Below are positions 40,155 to 49,907 of a DNA stretch of 64,000 nucleotides, in pieces. Positions within the stretch are counted from its first letter, which is position 1. Each line of letters opens with the position of its first letter. Under the pieces are notes generated by a model that made no database searches, was not told the DNA's origin, and saw nothing but the letters and a program-made list of their open reading frames with translations. Source of the DNA: an uncultured Nitrosopumilaceae archaeon (lineage in GTDB: Archaea; Thermoproteota; Nitrososphaeria; Nitrososphaerales; Nitrosopumilaceae); NCBI GenBank assembly GCA_964462165.1, contig CAYWWR010000001.1, positions 1,881-65,880 on the forward strand. Direction: 5' to 3'. Both the position numbers and the translations under genes were made by a program.

Positions 40155-40704
40155 CAATACAAAATTGTTGGATTTTCTAGGAGAGATAGACAAGGAACTC
40201 AAGCGCAAGATAGTGGTAATAGCAGTGGGCGGAACAGCAATGACACTTTTCAAAGCAAAACCATCCACAATAGATGTTGACTTTACAATACCTGGTAAAT
40301 ATTATGACGAGTTTGAAATGGCAAAGAAAATTGTACAACCTGGATTTAGAGTGGATCTTTTCCACGACGGAGCTGTGTTTGTCAACATGCTTCCGGAGGA
40401 CTATATCGAAAAAAGTATTCCAATAAAGACCAAGTTGAAAAATATCGATCTTAGGGCATTAAATCCACTAGATATTGTAGTAACAAAAATTGGTAGATTT
40501 GATGACCGAGATGAGCAAGATATACAATCATGCATCAAAAAATTCAACCTGAAAAAGACCCAAATTGTAAAACGGGCTTTACAATTAGGATCTGTTGCAA
40601 ACGACGATGTATTTCAAATCAATTTGGGTACAATTGTTAAAAAATTCTTCAAAAAAGAAAAGTCAAAAACAGGGTCTAAAAAACATGGAAAAAAGAAAAG
40701 TTGA
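40144..40704 (+). CDS. DUF6036/AbiEii-like nucleotidyltransferase
   Basis: VGGTAM...TIDVDF...DIVVTKIGR..RD..D. Confidence 0.8.
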   Translation: MSLDNTKLLDFLGEIDKELKRKIVVIAVGGTAMTLFKAKPSTIDVDFTIPGKYYDEFEMAKKIVQPGFRVDLFHDGAVFVNMLPEDYIEKSIPIKTKLKNIDLRALNPLDIVVTKIGRFDDRDEQDIQSCIKKFNLKKTQIVKRALQLGSVANDDVFQINLGTIVKKFFKKEKSKTGSKKHGKKKS

Positions 40705-40839
40705 TAGAATTGTTGACACGATAAATAAAAAAAGGCTGTTTGCTAGGAATGGCCGCCGCCCCTGTTGTCTGCCAGAGCGTTTGGGCATCCGTTTTGCAAT
40801 ATCAAATCATTTTATATCGTATTTTTTTAAAATAAATAA

Positions 40840-41859
40840 ATGAAAAACAAGTTATCATGTATTTTGATAATCTTTATCGCATCAGTCGTTGTCCTGCCTG
40901 CATTTTCATTTAACGTATCTCAAGTAAAGGTAGGTGCAAACCCCTGGGCTGTATCTGTAAATCCAACTACAGACAAGATCTATGTCACAAACTCGGGAAA
41001 TAATTCAGTCTCTGTAATAGATGGTAAGACAAATACTGTAATAAAAAATGTAATCGTGGGTGACAATCCCACAGGTGTTGGGGTAAACAAAATAACTAGT
41101 ACAGTTTACGTGTCAAAGTTTAGCTCACCCACAGTATCTGTAATTGATGGAAATACTGATACGATATCTGGAACCATTACAGTTGGAAACCAACCAAATG
41201 GTATTGGCATAGATGAAATTGCAAACAAGGTCTATGTTGCAAACACAAATTCTGGAACCGTCTCTGTCATAGACGGTAAGACGAATACTGTAACATCTAC
41301 GGTTCCAGTAGGTGCACGTCCTACGGCAGTTGCTGTAAATCCTTCAAGTGAGCTGGCCTATGTTACAAACTCTGGAGCAGGAACTGTATCAGTTATTGAT
41401 GAGAAGACAGATACTGTAATCAAGACCATTCCAGTTGGTGCAGATACCACTGGAGTTGCAGTGGATCAAACAGAGAATACCATCTATGTAACAAGCTCCA
41501 AGACATCCGAAGTCTTTACAATTGACGGAAGCACAAATACTGTAACACATACCATTGCTGTCGGCGCAAATCCTGATGGTATAACGGTAGACCCTGGATT
41601 AGACAGGATTTACGTTGCAGATTCTGGTGGTGGTACTGTCTCTGTAATTGACGGTAAAACTGACACCATATCTGGAACCATACCTGCTGGAACGCACGTA
41701 TACGGCATTGCTGTAAATCCTTCTACAGGTTTGGTCTATGCAGGAAATGACAGTCCTGGTATAGTATATGTAATTTCAGACCCTGAGATTCCACAGACAA
41801 GTAATGCAATATTTGATGGCTTGGTACAATTCTTTTCGCATCTTTTTGGCATGAGCTGA
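40840..41859 (+). CDS. Secreted YVTN/YncE beta-propeller protein
   Basis: Seven repeats of VGxxPxxVxVNPxTxxxYVTNSGxxTVSVIDG. Confidence 0.92.
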   Translation: MKNKLSCILIIFIASVVVLPAFSFNVSQVKVGANPWAVSVNPTTDKIYVTNSGNNSVSVIDGKTNTVIKNVIVGDNPTGVGVNKITSTVYVSKFSSPTVSVIDGNTDTISGTITVGNQPNGIGIDEIANKVYVANTNSGTVSVIDGKTNTVTSTVPVGARPTAVAVNPSSELAYVTNSGAGTVSVIDEKTDTVIKTIPVGADTTGVAVDQTENTIYVTSSKTSEVFTIDGSTNTVTHTIAVGANPDGITVDPGLDRIYVADSGGGTVSVIDGKTDTISGTIPAGTHVYGIAVNPSTGLVYAGNDSPGIVYVISDPEIPQTSNAIFDGLVQFFSHLFGMS

Positions 41860-41935
41860 ATCTGGTGTGAAAACCAGTAGCATGTTTTGTATCTGCCAAT
41901 AATTAAATAGAATCAGGACAATAATTGTAACACTA

Positions 41936-42979
41936 ATGAAAGTTAATGGTTATGCAGCACAAAATGCCAAGGCAACGTTAGTACCATACTCGTTTGAGCG
42001 ACGCGAGCCAGGCGACAATGATGTTGTTGTAAATATACAATATTGTGGAATATGTCACACGGACATTCACCAGGTGGCTGACGAGTGGGGCGGTTCTATA
42101 TTTCCAATGGTTCCAGGACATGAGATAACAGGAATTGTATCCAAGATTGGACCTAAGGTAAGCAGATACAAGATAGGTGACAAGGTTGGTGTTGGATGTT
42201 TTGTAAATTCATGTCGCAAGTGTGATGCTTGCAAGAAAAACTTGGAACAGTATTGCACAGATGGAATGGTTACAACGTACAATGGAACTGAAAAAGACGG
42301 TACTGTGACTTTTGGGGGATACTCTACTAGTATAGTTGTTGATGAAAATTATGTATTGCGCATTCCAGATTCTTTGCCACTTGATAGAGCCGCACCGCTC
42401 TTGTGTGCAGGTATCACTCTTTATTCTCCTTTGATGCACTGGAAGGCAGGTCCTGGAAAAAAAGTTGCAGTGATTGGACTAGGCGGCATTGGCCACATGG
42501 GAGTAAAAATTGCACATGCACTGGGTGCTGATGTTACAGTTCTTAGCCAATCTTTGAGAAAACAAGAGGATGCAAAAAAACTTGGTGCTGACCATTTTTA
42601 CGCCACATCAGACCCTGAAACGTTTGAGAAATTAAAGGGACATTTTGACTTGATAATAAATACGGTTTCAGCTGATCTTGACTGGAATGCATATCTTGAG
42701 CTTTTGGCACTAGATGGTTCCATGGTGGTAGTTGGCATTCCTGAGAAGCAGACATCAGTTGGTGCGTTTCCATTAGTTGCAGGTCGTCGTAGCCTTGCAG
42801 GTTCCCTCATTGGAGGAATAAAGGAGACACAAGAGATGCTAGACTTTTGTGCAAAGAATAGTATAACAAGTGAGATTGAATTGATTCCAATTCAAAAGGT
42901 AAATGAAGCATACAAGAGGATTCTTGCAAGCGATGTTCGATACAGGTTTGTAATTGATATCAAGTCGTTAGAAAAGTAA
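41936..42979 (+). CDS. Zn-dependent NAD(P) alcohol dehydrogenase (CAD/AdhC-like)
   Basis: CGICHTD, GHE, structural Zn CRKCDAC..C, APLLCAG, GLGGIG, RYRFVID. Confidence 0.93.
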   Translation: MKVNGYAAQNAKATLVPYSFERREPGDNDVVVNIQYCGICHTDIHQVADEWGGSIFPMVPGHEITGIVSKIGPKVSRYKIGDKVGVGCFVNSCRKCDACKKNLEQYCTDGMVTTYNGTEKDGTVTFGGYSTSIVVDENYVLRIPDSLPLDRAAPLLCAGITLYSPLMHWKAGPGKKVAVIGLGGIGHMGVKIAHALGADVTVLSQSLRKQEDAKKLGADHFYATSDPETFEKLKGHFDLIINTVSADLDWNAYLELLALDGSMVVVGIPEKQTSVGAFPLVAGRRSLAGSLIGGIKETQEMLDFCAKNSITSEIELIPIQKVNEAYKRILASDVRYRFVIDIKSLEK

Positions 42980-43158
42980 TCTGTGCGGTTATGTGCCCAT
43001 AAATGTCACAAAATAATCATGTGTGTTCAATTGTACCATGTGAAATTGAGTCATCTAGTTTTTCTGGAATTGATTCCATAATATTATAATTTTTACAAGA
43101 AAACGAGCTCCTTTTTGGAGCTGATTGATAAAAAAATTTCAATGCTAGTGTTTTAGGT

Positions 43159-44688
43159 GTGCGTGTCGCCAGTGGAGAATATCTGATGACATTTCCAGAT
43201 TCCACGCATCCCCCAGACCCCCCACCGAAACCACACAAAAAGAGCTTGGCTGATATTGTAGCCAAGATTGAGCTTGAAAACCTGATTTTTGCCAACAAGC
43301 AAGCCCTGAATCCTCTGGGATTGCCAACAAAAATTCTTGGTAGGGAGGAGCAAGTAGAAAAACTAGTGCGATATCTGCTGGGGTATCGACAAGGTCATGC
43401 GGTCCCATTCATTTCAATATATGGCCGCAGCGGTTCAGGAAAGACTAGCATAGTGCAACATGTCATCAAGGAATTGGACGAGTTTGATCACATTTTTGTC
43501 AATCTGAGGCGAGCGGGAACAATTTTTGCAGCTACAAACATGATACTCGAAAAACTTGGCCAGGAAATCGTTAGAGGATCAAACAGTACCGGGAGTCAGG
43601 CATTTGACCGAATAAATTCTGCAATCACTAATCGACTGGCAAAAAACCCAAAAAGATTGTTTGTCATGGTTTTGGATGAGTTTGATACCATATTCAATTA
43701 CCCAAGGGGAAGGCCCTCCGATTTTATTTACAAATTAATCGAGCTTGGAAATGATCTTGCAAAAAATAAACTCATGTTTACAGTAATTGGAATTTCAAAT
43801 GACGTGATTGCGGAATACAAGCTAGAAGACAGGATCAAGTCAAGAATTGGCGCGTCTGAAATATTTTTTGCTCCATATAATCATCAGGATATCCTTGCGA
43901 TACTTGAAGAGCGGGCAAAGGAAGCGTTTGCATGCAAAGTCGATGATGAGGTGTTGAAACAATGCGCAAATCTTGCATCACAAGACCACGGCGATGCCAG
44001 AAGGTTAATTGATCTGTTGCGGGTCGCAGCCGAAGCTGCAAGTGTTGCAGGCCAGACCATCAGCATATCGCATGTGGATAAAGCTGCAAAAGATCTGCAA
44101 AAGGACCGGCTTGAAGATAGTCTTACAGAATCATCACATCATTTTAAGCGATTACTTGCGTCAATTGCAAGGATTACATACCTAAGCAAGGAGGACTGGC
44201 ACAGTACAGCAGTAATAGTGCAGCAATACAAAAAAGTGTGGGCAGATGGAAAAACAGAATTAAGCTACAGACGAATATCTGAGATTCTAAAGGATATGGA
44301 GGGAACGGGTTTGATTTCATCGCACGCATCCTCAAAAGGGCGACATGGGTACAACAGGCAATTCAAGCTAGAAATGTCTCCCCACACGGTGGGACAAACA
44401 CTAGACTCTGGCTGGTGGTATGGAATACTGGATGCAGAAAAACACCATTCAGAGTTGATAAAATCAATGTCAAAACCTCACCACCTCTCTGCAATGCAGA
44501 AAAACAAGATCAGACAACAAGAAGAGATAGATGAAAAACAAGAACGATGGCACGAATATGTTTGGAATGACGTGGACTATGCAAGTTTAGTGCGCCCATT
44601 CCCAAAATATGAAGTAGATCGAAATGTAGTTGAGCAGAAAAAAGATGCGGGAGATTCACCTCCAAAATGTGAAGAGGATGTAAAGTAG
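43159..44688 (+). CDS. cdc6: Orc1/Cdc6-family replication initiator paralog
   Basis: GREEQ, Walker A GRSGSGKT, Walker B VLDEFD, FAPY, GDARRLIDLLR, C-terminal wHTH plus charged tail. Confidence 0.85.
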   Translation: MRVASGEYLMTFPDSTHPPDPPPKPHKKSLADIVAKIELENLIFANKQALNPLGLPTKILGREEQVEKLVRYLLGYRQGHAVPFISIYGRSGSGKTSIVQHVIKELDEFDHIFVNLRRAGTIFAATNMILEKLGQEIVRGSNSTGSQAFDRINSAITNRLAKNPKRLFVMVLDEFDTIFNYPRGRPSDFIYKLIELGNDLAKNKLMFTVIGISNDVIAEYKLEDRIKSRIGASEIFFAPYNHQDILAILEERAKEAFACKVDDEVLKQCANLASQDHGDARRLIDLLRVAAEAASVAGQTISISHVDKAAKDLQKDRLEDSLTESSHHFKRLLASIARITYLSKEDWHSTAVIVQQYKKVWADGKTELSYRRISEILKDMEGTGLISSHASSKGRHGYNRQFKLEMSPHTVGQTLDSGWWYGILDAEKHHSELIKSMSKPHHLSAMQKNKIRQQEEIDEKQERWHEYVWNDVDYASLVRPFPKYEVDRNVVEQKKDAGDSPPKCEEDVK

Positions 44689-45165
44689 TTGAGTGGAAAA
44701 AATTCTAAAAGTAGGGGAGACAAAAATGGGATGTCGCACATCAAGGAACGACAGATGCTTACAATAGCGATAATCCAAGGGTTAAAGGACAAGAGAATCG
44801 AGGTGGACAAGAACTTGATTTTGAAAAAACTTGCCAGGGCGGGTTTTAAGACTAGCTTGCGTACACTTGAGAGAGACATTGCGTCAATTGCTGCAACTGA
44901 TGCTGGCATGATAATGGGCAAGCGTTATTCCGGACTTTCAACATCTCCAGGTACAAGATACATCAAGAAGATACGGGATGAACATGACAAATCTTTTTTC
45001 ATGTCAAAAAAGTGGAAGATTGCAGGAAAGCGTATGGAAAAAAGTACTCTACAACACAAGAAAAAGTTGGACAGGGTCATGAATAAGATGGACAAGTTCA
45101 AGATATATCTTCAAAATCTTGAGCGAAAAGAGAATGAGTTTCGTGCAAAGTATGGTACGGTTTGA
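44689..45165 (+). CDS. Basic HTH/coiled-coil protein coupled to cdc6
   Basis: KLARAGFKTSLRTLERDI HTH; starts immediately after the cdc6 stop. Confidence 0.6.
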   Translation: MSGKNSKSRGDKNGMSHIKERQMLTIAIIQGLKDKRIEVDKNLILKKLARAGFKTSLRTLERDIASIAATDAGMIMGKRYSGLSTSPGTRYIKKIRDEHDKSFFMSKKWKIAGKRMEKSTLQHKKKLDRVMNKMDKFKIYLQNLERKENEFRAKYGTV

Positions 45166-45306
45166 TACCTTTTTCATATTCAGTAATTTATGTTTAAAAT
45201 AGTATTTCATATGATCTTTGAGTACATCGTAGCACAAGTTAATTCATCCACTGATTAAGACTATTTGAGTATCCCAAATAAGTTATAAAATCTAGAAATT
45301 GGTCAA

Positions 45307-45756
45307 ATGAAGTGTTACAGACCAAGAAATCCGTTTAGTAGTGCTATGACATTTGATGAATCGCTTTTAAATATTCAGCATACTCTTTCAGAAGAAAAAG
45401 CTCTAGAGGCATTTCGATTATTGTTAATTAATGAAAAAATCAGTTGTACTTCTTCGAAAAGCAGAGAAGTAATAGGAATTGCAGAGTTTCATTTTATCGG
45501 TTATACTTTTTGGATATGTTATGATATAAGAAAGTTAGAAGTATTGGAATTAAACTTATCAAAAAATTGCAATGAATTTGACGCTTTATCTTTTCTGAAT
45601 GAGAGTCTTAGTAAATGTGTAAACATACCAGTCATTGTTACAGAGGGCCAATCATATTTTGATTGGGCAATTTCTAAGATCAATATGCATACATCTCATT
45701 CAAAGAAAGAAAACCTGATTCAAGAATCTACAAAAATAAATAAATTACATAGTTAA
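45307..45756 (+). mobile_element. Degenerate IS6-family DDE transposase-like ORF
   Basis: IGIAE..FWICYD..EVL..LS..DA..FL..KC..PVIVTEG..WA resembles the archaeal IS6 core, with catalytic Asp positions substituted. Confidence 0.5.
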
Positions 45757-45764
45757 TTGCAAAA

Positions 45765-47402
45765 TCATATTTTAAACTGAGTTTCAATTCCGATTTTTAT
45801 TTCTTGAAATTGTTTTTCTTTAAGCCATTTCATATTTTTTATCATTTCTATTCCAACAGAAAACATAGTTTTTGCTTCTGCATTTTCTAACATGTTATGT
45901 TTTTGGCAATGAGTTAACAATTCATTTTCTAAACTTTCATCTGATTCAAGTGATTCCTCAAAACGTTTTCTAAGCATTTTGTCAAATAATTCTGTTCGAG
46001 ATTCCAAAGGCAAAGCGAGACCTCCCACCAGTCCTTTGAAGGCATCCATGAAACCTTTACTTTTTTTGAATGTCATTGGAGGATAGACTAACCATTCCTT
46101 TTTCTTATCAGTCTGAAGACTTGCCACCAACATGGGTATGTGAATAATAAAAGGCAAATTACCGAATTCAGAAGATATATTCTCAGGTATTGGAGTACCA
46201 ACATTTTCTATATTTTCTACAGATTCATTCTTTTTCTGAACAAGTATTCCTATTTTTGCATCCATAGTAGAGGTTTTATGAGATATTGCATTTTTTTTAC
46301 TCTCCAATTCTTTTATTTGTCCATCCCTGGTTTTTTCTAACGATCTTATTCTTTGCCACTGTTCATTTATCAGATGTGTGTAGTGTTGCTCAGCTTTTAC
46401 AATCAAGCCATTCTTTTCTGTTTGAAGTTGAGACAGTTGATCATTTATTGTATTTTTCTGGTGTCTCGCTAAATCTAATTTTTTCTTGTGTTGTTCACCC
46501 ATCTGTCTATACATATCTTCGTCACGTTGCGATTTTGATAACTTGACTTTTAACCCCGACATTCGTTGAGAATAATCCATATCAACAGAATGAATTTCCT
46601 TATTCATACGTCGTTTGTATTCATTCACTTTTTCTTGAACATCTGGAGTTATTTTGTCAATTTCCGAGTTATAATAATCTGCAATATCAGATTGACGATT
46701 AGTTAAATTGGATTTCCATTCTTGACTTATTCCAATCATCGTATTTGTAGCAAAATTTAATTGGTTAAGATCTGATAATGCAGCTTCTTTTAGTTTTATT
46801 ATTCTCCTGAGACTTTCTTCAGCTTGTGCAATATCAAGTCTAGATGGTAGCAGATAAATTGAATTATGTGCATTCTCATAAGATGAAATACTAGTACGTT
46901 CTACAATATCATTAATCAATTTTTTTTCTTCTAAACATCCATTAATCTTATGATTAATCTTGTCAACAAAATCTCTAAAGACATCTTGATGAGAGTGCAA
47001 TACCGCAATGTAATCATCAGGATTGTCATCTGTGTCACTATGTGATTTTATTAATTCTGTGAATCCTTCTGCATCAGGAGAAATTGCAAAATTAATTGTA
47101 TATGAAAATAATCCAAGCATGTCAAAGACAACATGAGAATTACTATCACTTTTTTTTATGAACAGAAAGGGCCAGCCAACATATGATACAAAGGATATTG
47201 TTTCGCCCTGTTTTTTGAATAATCCGCCACCTTTTTTTCTTTTTGATTCCACTAAAGCTAAAAACGATGCAATCTCTAATTCATTTCTGCAGGCCATCTC
47301 TTTGCCTTCATCATCCTTTTCTACAATTATAGGCATACTTGCAAAATCAGTAATAGGATCCATGTTTTCTCGATCGTATGAATATATTGCATGATATATC
47401 AT
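45765..47402 (-). CDS. Long coiled-coil hypothetical protein
   Basis: Globular ends flanking a coiled coil of about 200 aa; no NTPase motif seen. Confidence 0.75.
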   Translation of the reverse strand: MIYHAIYSYDRENMDPITDFASMPIIVEKDDEGKEMACRNELEIASFLALVESKRKKGGGLFKKQGETISFVSYVGWPFLFIKKSDSNSHVVFDMLGLFSYTINFAISPDAEGFTELIKSHSDTDDNPDDYIAVLHSHQDVFRDFVDKINHKINGCLEEKKLINDIVERTSISSYENAHNSIYLLPSRLDIAQAEESLRRIIKLKEAALSDLNQLNFATNTMIGISQEWKSNLTNRQSDIADYYNSEIDKITPDVQEKVNEYKRRMNKEIHSVDMDYSQRMSGLKVKLSKSQRDEDMYRQMGEQHKKKLDLARHQKNTINDQLSQLQTEKNGLIVKAEQHYTHLINEQWQRIRSLEKTRDGQIKELESKKNAISHKTSTMDAKIGILVQKKNESVENIENVGTPIPENISSEFGNLPFIIHIPMLVASLQTDKKKEWLVYPPMTFKKSKGFMDAFKGLVGGLALPLESRTELFDKMLRKRFEESLESDESLENELLTHCQKHNMLENAEAKTMFSVGIEMIKNMKWLKEKQFQEIKIGIETQFKI

Positions 47403-47465
47403 TTTTGTACAAAGTAATGCCCGTAGTGAATGAACCGTACCTGTTGAAATATTAAAAATTGAGTT

Positions 47466-48149
47466 TCAATCAATCGGATTTCTTTTAATGTTGGACTCTC
47501 TGAGTTTTACTAACAATGACGCCACAAATCTCCTATCCCATAGAATCACATTGGTTGCCTCTGCAATCTGTCTTGCAGAGTCTGTAAAAAACTGATTAGT
47601 TATCACAGCAGCTCTGGTACATTTGTAGAAATCTTTTCCAGTATGAACTTCTTGTACTGCTTTATTGGGTATTTTTTTACCAAGCTCATATCGTTTTGTT
47701 TGTATGGCCCATTTTTCTCCTGCCTTTTGAGCAACTATATCAACTCCTTGATCTCCTGATTTTTTTGTGACTTCAGTTGAGTATCCATCACACTCCAATA
47801 ATTTTGCAATGAAACTTTCAAAATCATAGCCGTTCATTACATCCACATCATAAATTGAAATTCCAGGTTCAGTTTTTTTAGGTCGAACATCTACAGGTTT
47901 CTCTGGTTCACTCATTTCAGATTTATCAAAATGAGTAATTTCATAATCTATAAACTCCATAAGTTTTCTTGATGTTAATTTTTTGTTGATAAATTTTTTA
48001 GCAAATATTTCTTCTGCGAATTTTTTTCTATAAGAATTATCATTTGAGGGAAACTTTGTGACAAAATGGTATAGTAGATTTTTTAATGTAAGATCATCAC
48101 TCAACACGTTAGTGAAATAATCGTCAAGTATTTTTATACTAGTTGACAT
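47466..48149 (-). CDS. Mrr_cat-type restriction endonuclease
   Basis: FESFIA..GY..SGDQGVD..AIQTKRY..AVQEV..VITN..FT..A. Confidence 0.88.
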   Translation of the reverse strand: MSTSIKILDDYFTNVLSDDLTLKNLLYHFVTKFPSNDNSYRKKFAEEIFAKKFINKKLTSRKLMEFIDYEITHFDKSEMSEPEKPVDVRPKKTEPGISIYDVDVMNGYDFESFIAKLLECDGYSTEVTKKSGDQGVDIVAQKAGEKWAIQTKRYELGKKIPNKAVQEVHTGKDFYKCTRAAVITNQFFTDSARQIAEATNVILWDRRFVASLLVKLRESNIKRNPID

Positions 48150-49907
48150 TTAAAAAATTCCTCCTTTTTTGGATTCGATGATTTTACCTGTTTCTTTTTG
48201 AATAACCAGAATCTTCGAACCGAATGTTTTTTTTGCTTTAAATATTAAGAATGAGTTATTTGTTGATTTTTCCCATTTTTTATATTTTGCAAGTTCAGGA
48301 TCATTTTTTATTACATTTTGTACATCAGAATCATTTGTATTTACCTCTACTAATTTACTACATGTAATGCATGTGTTTTTAGAAATACATCTAGAACCAT
48401 ATCTTTGATTACAAACAGTGCATGTAGAACTATGACCCTTGCATGATATATTCATACATGCAGGACAGTTGATTATATCGTTGATGCAAAAACCCCTACC
48501 ACACTCAGTACATATTCGATTGTCTACATGGCAAGTTCTTTTGCTACACATAGAACAAAATCCAATTGAATTATTACAAAATCTCTTATCACATATCTGA
48601 CAAGAATCCGAACAAAAGTAACAAGTAATTTGAGAACAATGATCACATATCATTGAATGAGATTTACACGTAATTTCATTACATAATTGACAGTTTTTGG
48701 TACATTTTGCACACAATTTCTCCTTACAAAGATAACAATGTGAAAATTCTTTCGAACATCTTTGACATAGATCTGCCTGACAATTTGAACATGAATTAGA
48801 ACAAGATTCACAAACAGAATGGGCATTATTACAGAGATGAATTACATCCATCAAGTTATTGCAATAATCGCATAATATCGTAAATTGTTTTGAGAGAGGT
48901 AAGAATTTAGCGGTAATTTGTTTTGTAGTATGTTCATTTGTTAATTCTAAAGTACAATCTGATGATGAATAAGAAAATATCTGTGAACCAATAAGAGAAT
49001 ATTCTACAAGTGGACGATATCTTTTTTTAACAACTTCTAATTCTTGTTGCTTTTGATCTTGAAGATCAGAAATTCTTTGCATCTGTTTTTGTCCAAATTT
49101 CTCTGTACGCCACATCATCTTTTTTTTCTCTTCGACATATTTTGATAATGTCTCGGGTTTTCGTGCACTACTCATTTTTCGATCAAAATCTTTAATTTTA
49201 TTTTCTTGATGATCTAGGTCTTCCTTGATTTGTTTAATTCTTCTGTCATATGCTAAATTAATTGAATCTGTATCACGCTGTTTTTCATTATTTATCTTAA
49301 TGGCGTATTCTAAAATTAAGGGCTCCATCGCATATTCTAAAGTTTCAATTGCCTTGGAATAAGCATGGTCAACTTTTTCTTGTTTGGAGTTGTATTCGAA
49401 GTAATTTAGCGACTCAAATTTTGTTTCTGGAGGAATGTTAAGAACGTCTGATGTTTCAAGATCAACATCTATGCTCTTAACATCAGAAACACTTGTTGTA
49501 CTCTTCAAGGTAACATTGTAGTAAAATCGTATGGCAAGTTTTTTTGATTCTGTGCTTTGGATTAGACCTAAATGACATTTTTTTGTCTGAATTTCTTGAA
49601 GATGGTCTACAACATTGCCGTCTTGTTGTAAAAGTGTGGAAAGAACCACCGGTGCTTTTTTTCGTACTTCGTTTAATACATTAATTAGAATATTACTGCC
49701 TGGAACTACTAACTCACAGGCATAAGTGGCAGCTACATTAGGATCAAAGGTTATTCTTTTTGTATTTCCAAACAACTCGCGATATTGTGAAGGAAACGAT
49801 ATTGAATAGACTCCATCCATTTCTTCAATATTTGCATTAATTTGTTTTAGATAATCCAATACCAGATCTTTTGAGGTTTGAAGAATTTGTTCGTCGGTGA
49901 GCATCAA
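48150..49907 (-). CDS. YqhG-like protein with coiled coil and long Cys-rich Zn-binding array
   Basis: ITFD..ELVVPGS N-terminus; about 10 CxxC-x4-CxxC/H units; ATGA overlap with the helicase gene. Confidence 0.7.
   Translation of the reverse strand: MMLTDEQILQTSKDLVLDYLKQINANIEEMDGVYSISFPSQYRELFGNTKRITFDPNVAATYACELVVPGSNILINVLNEVRKKAPVVLSTLLQQDGNVVDHLQEIQTKKCHLGLIQSTESKKLAIRFYYNVTLKSTTSVSDVKSIDVDLETSDVLNIPPETKFESLNYFEYNSKQEKVDHAYSKAIETLEYAMEPLILEYAIKINNEKQRDTDSINLAYDRRIKQIKEDLDHQENKIKDFDRKMSSARKPETLSKYVEEKKKMMWRTEKFGQKQMQRISDLQDQKQQELEVVKKRYRPLVEYSLIGSQIFSYSSSDCTLELTNEHTTKQITAKFLPLSKQFTILCDYCNNLMDVIHLCNNAHSVCESCSNSCSNCQADLCQRCSKEFSHCYLCKEKLCAKCTKNCQLCNEITCKSHSMICDHCSQITCYFCSDSCQICDKRFCNNSIGFCSMCSKRTCHVDNRICTECGRGFCINDIINCPACMNISCKGHSSTCTVCNQRYGSRCISKNTCITCSKLVEVNTNDSDVQNVIKNDPELAKYKKWEKSTNNSFLIFKAKKTFGSKILVIQKETGKIIESKKGGIF

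Noticed and set aside
43020-43200. ORB boxes / replication origin upstream of cdc6
   Set aside because: Only weak TTCCAG and CCAGTGGA fragments are present; no convincing repeated ORB consensus.
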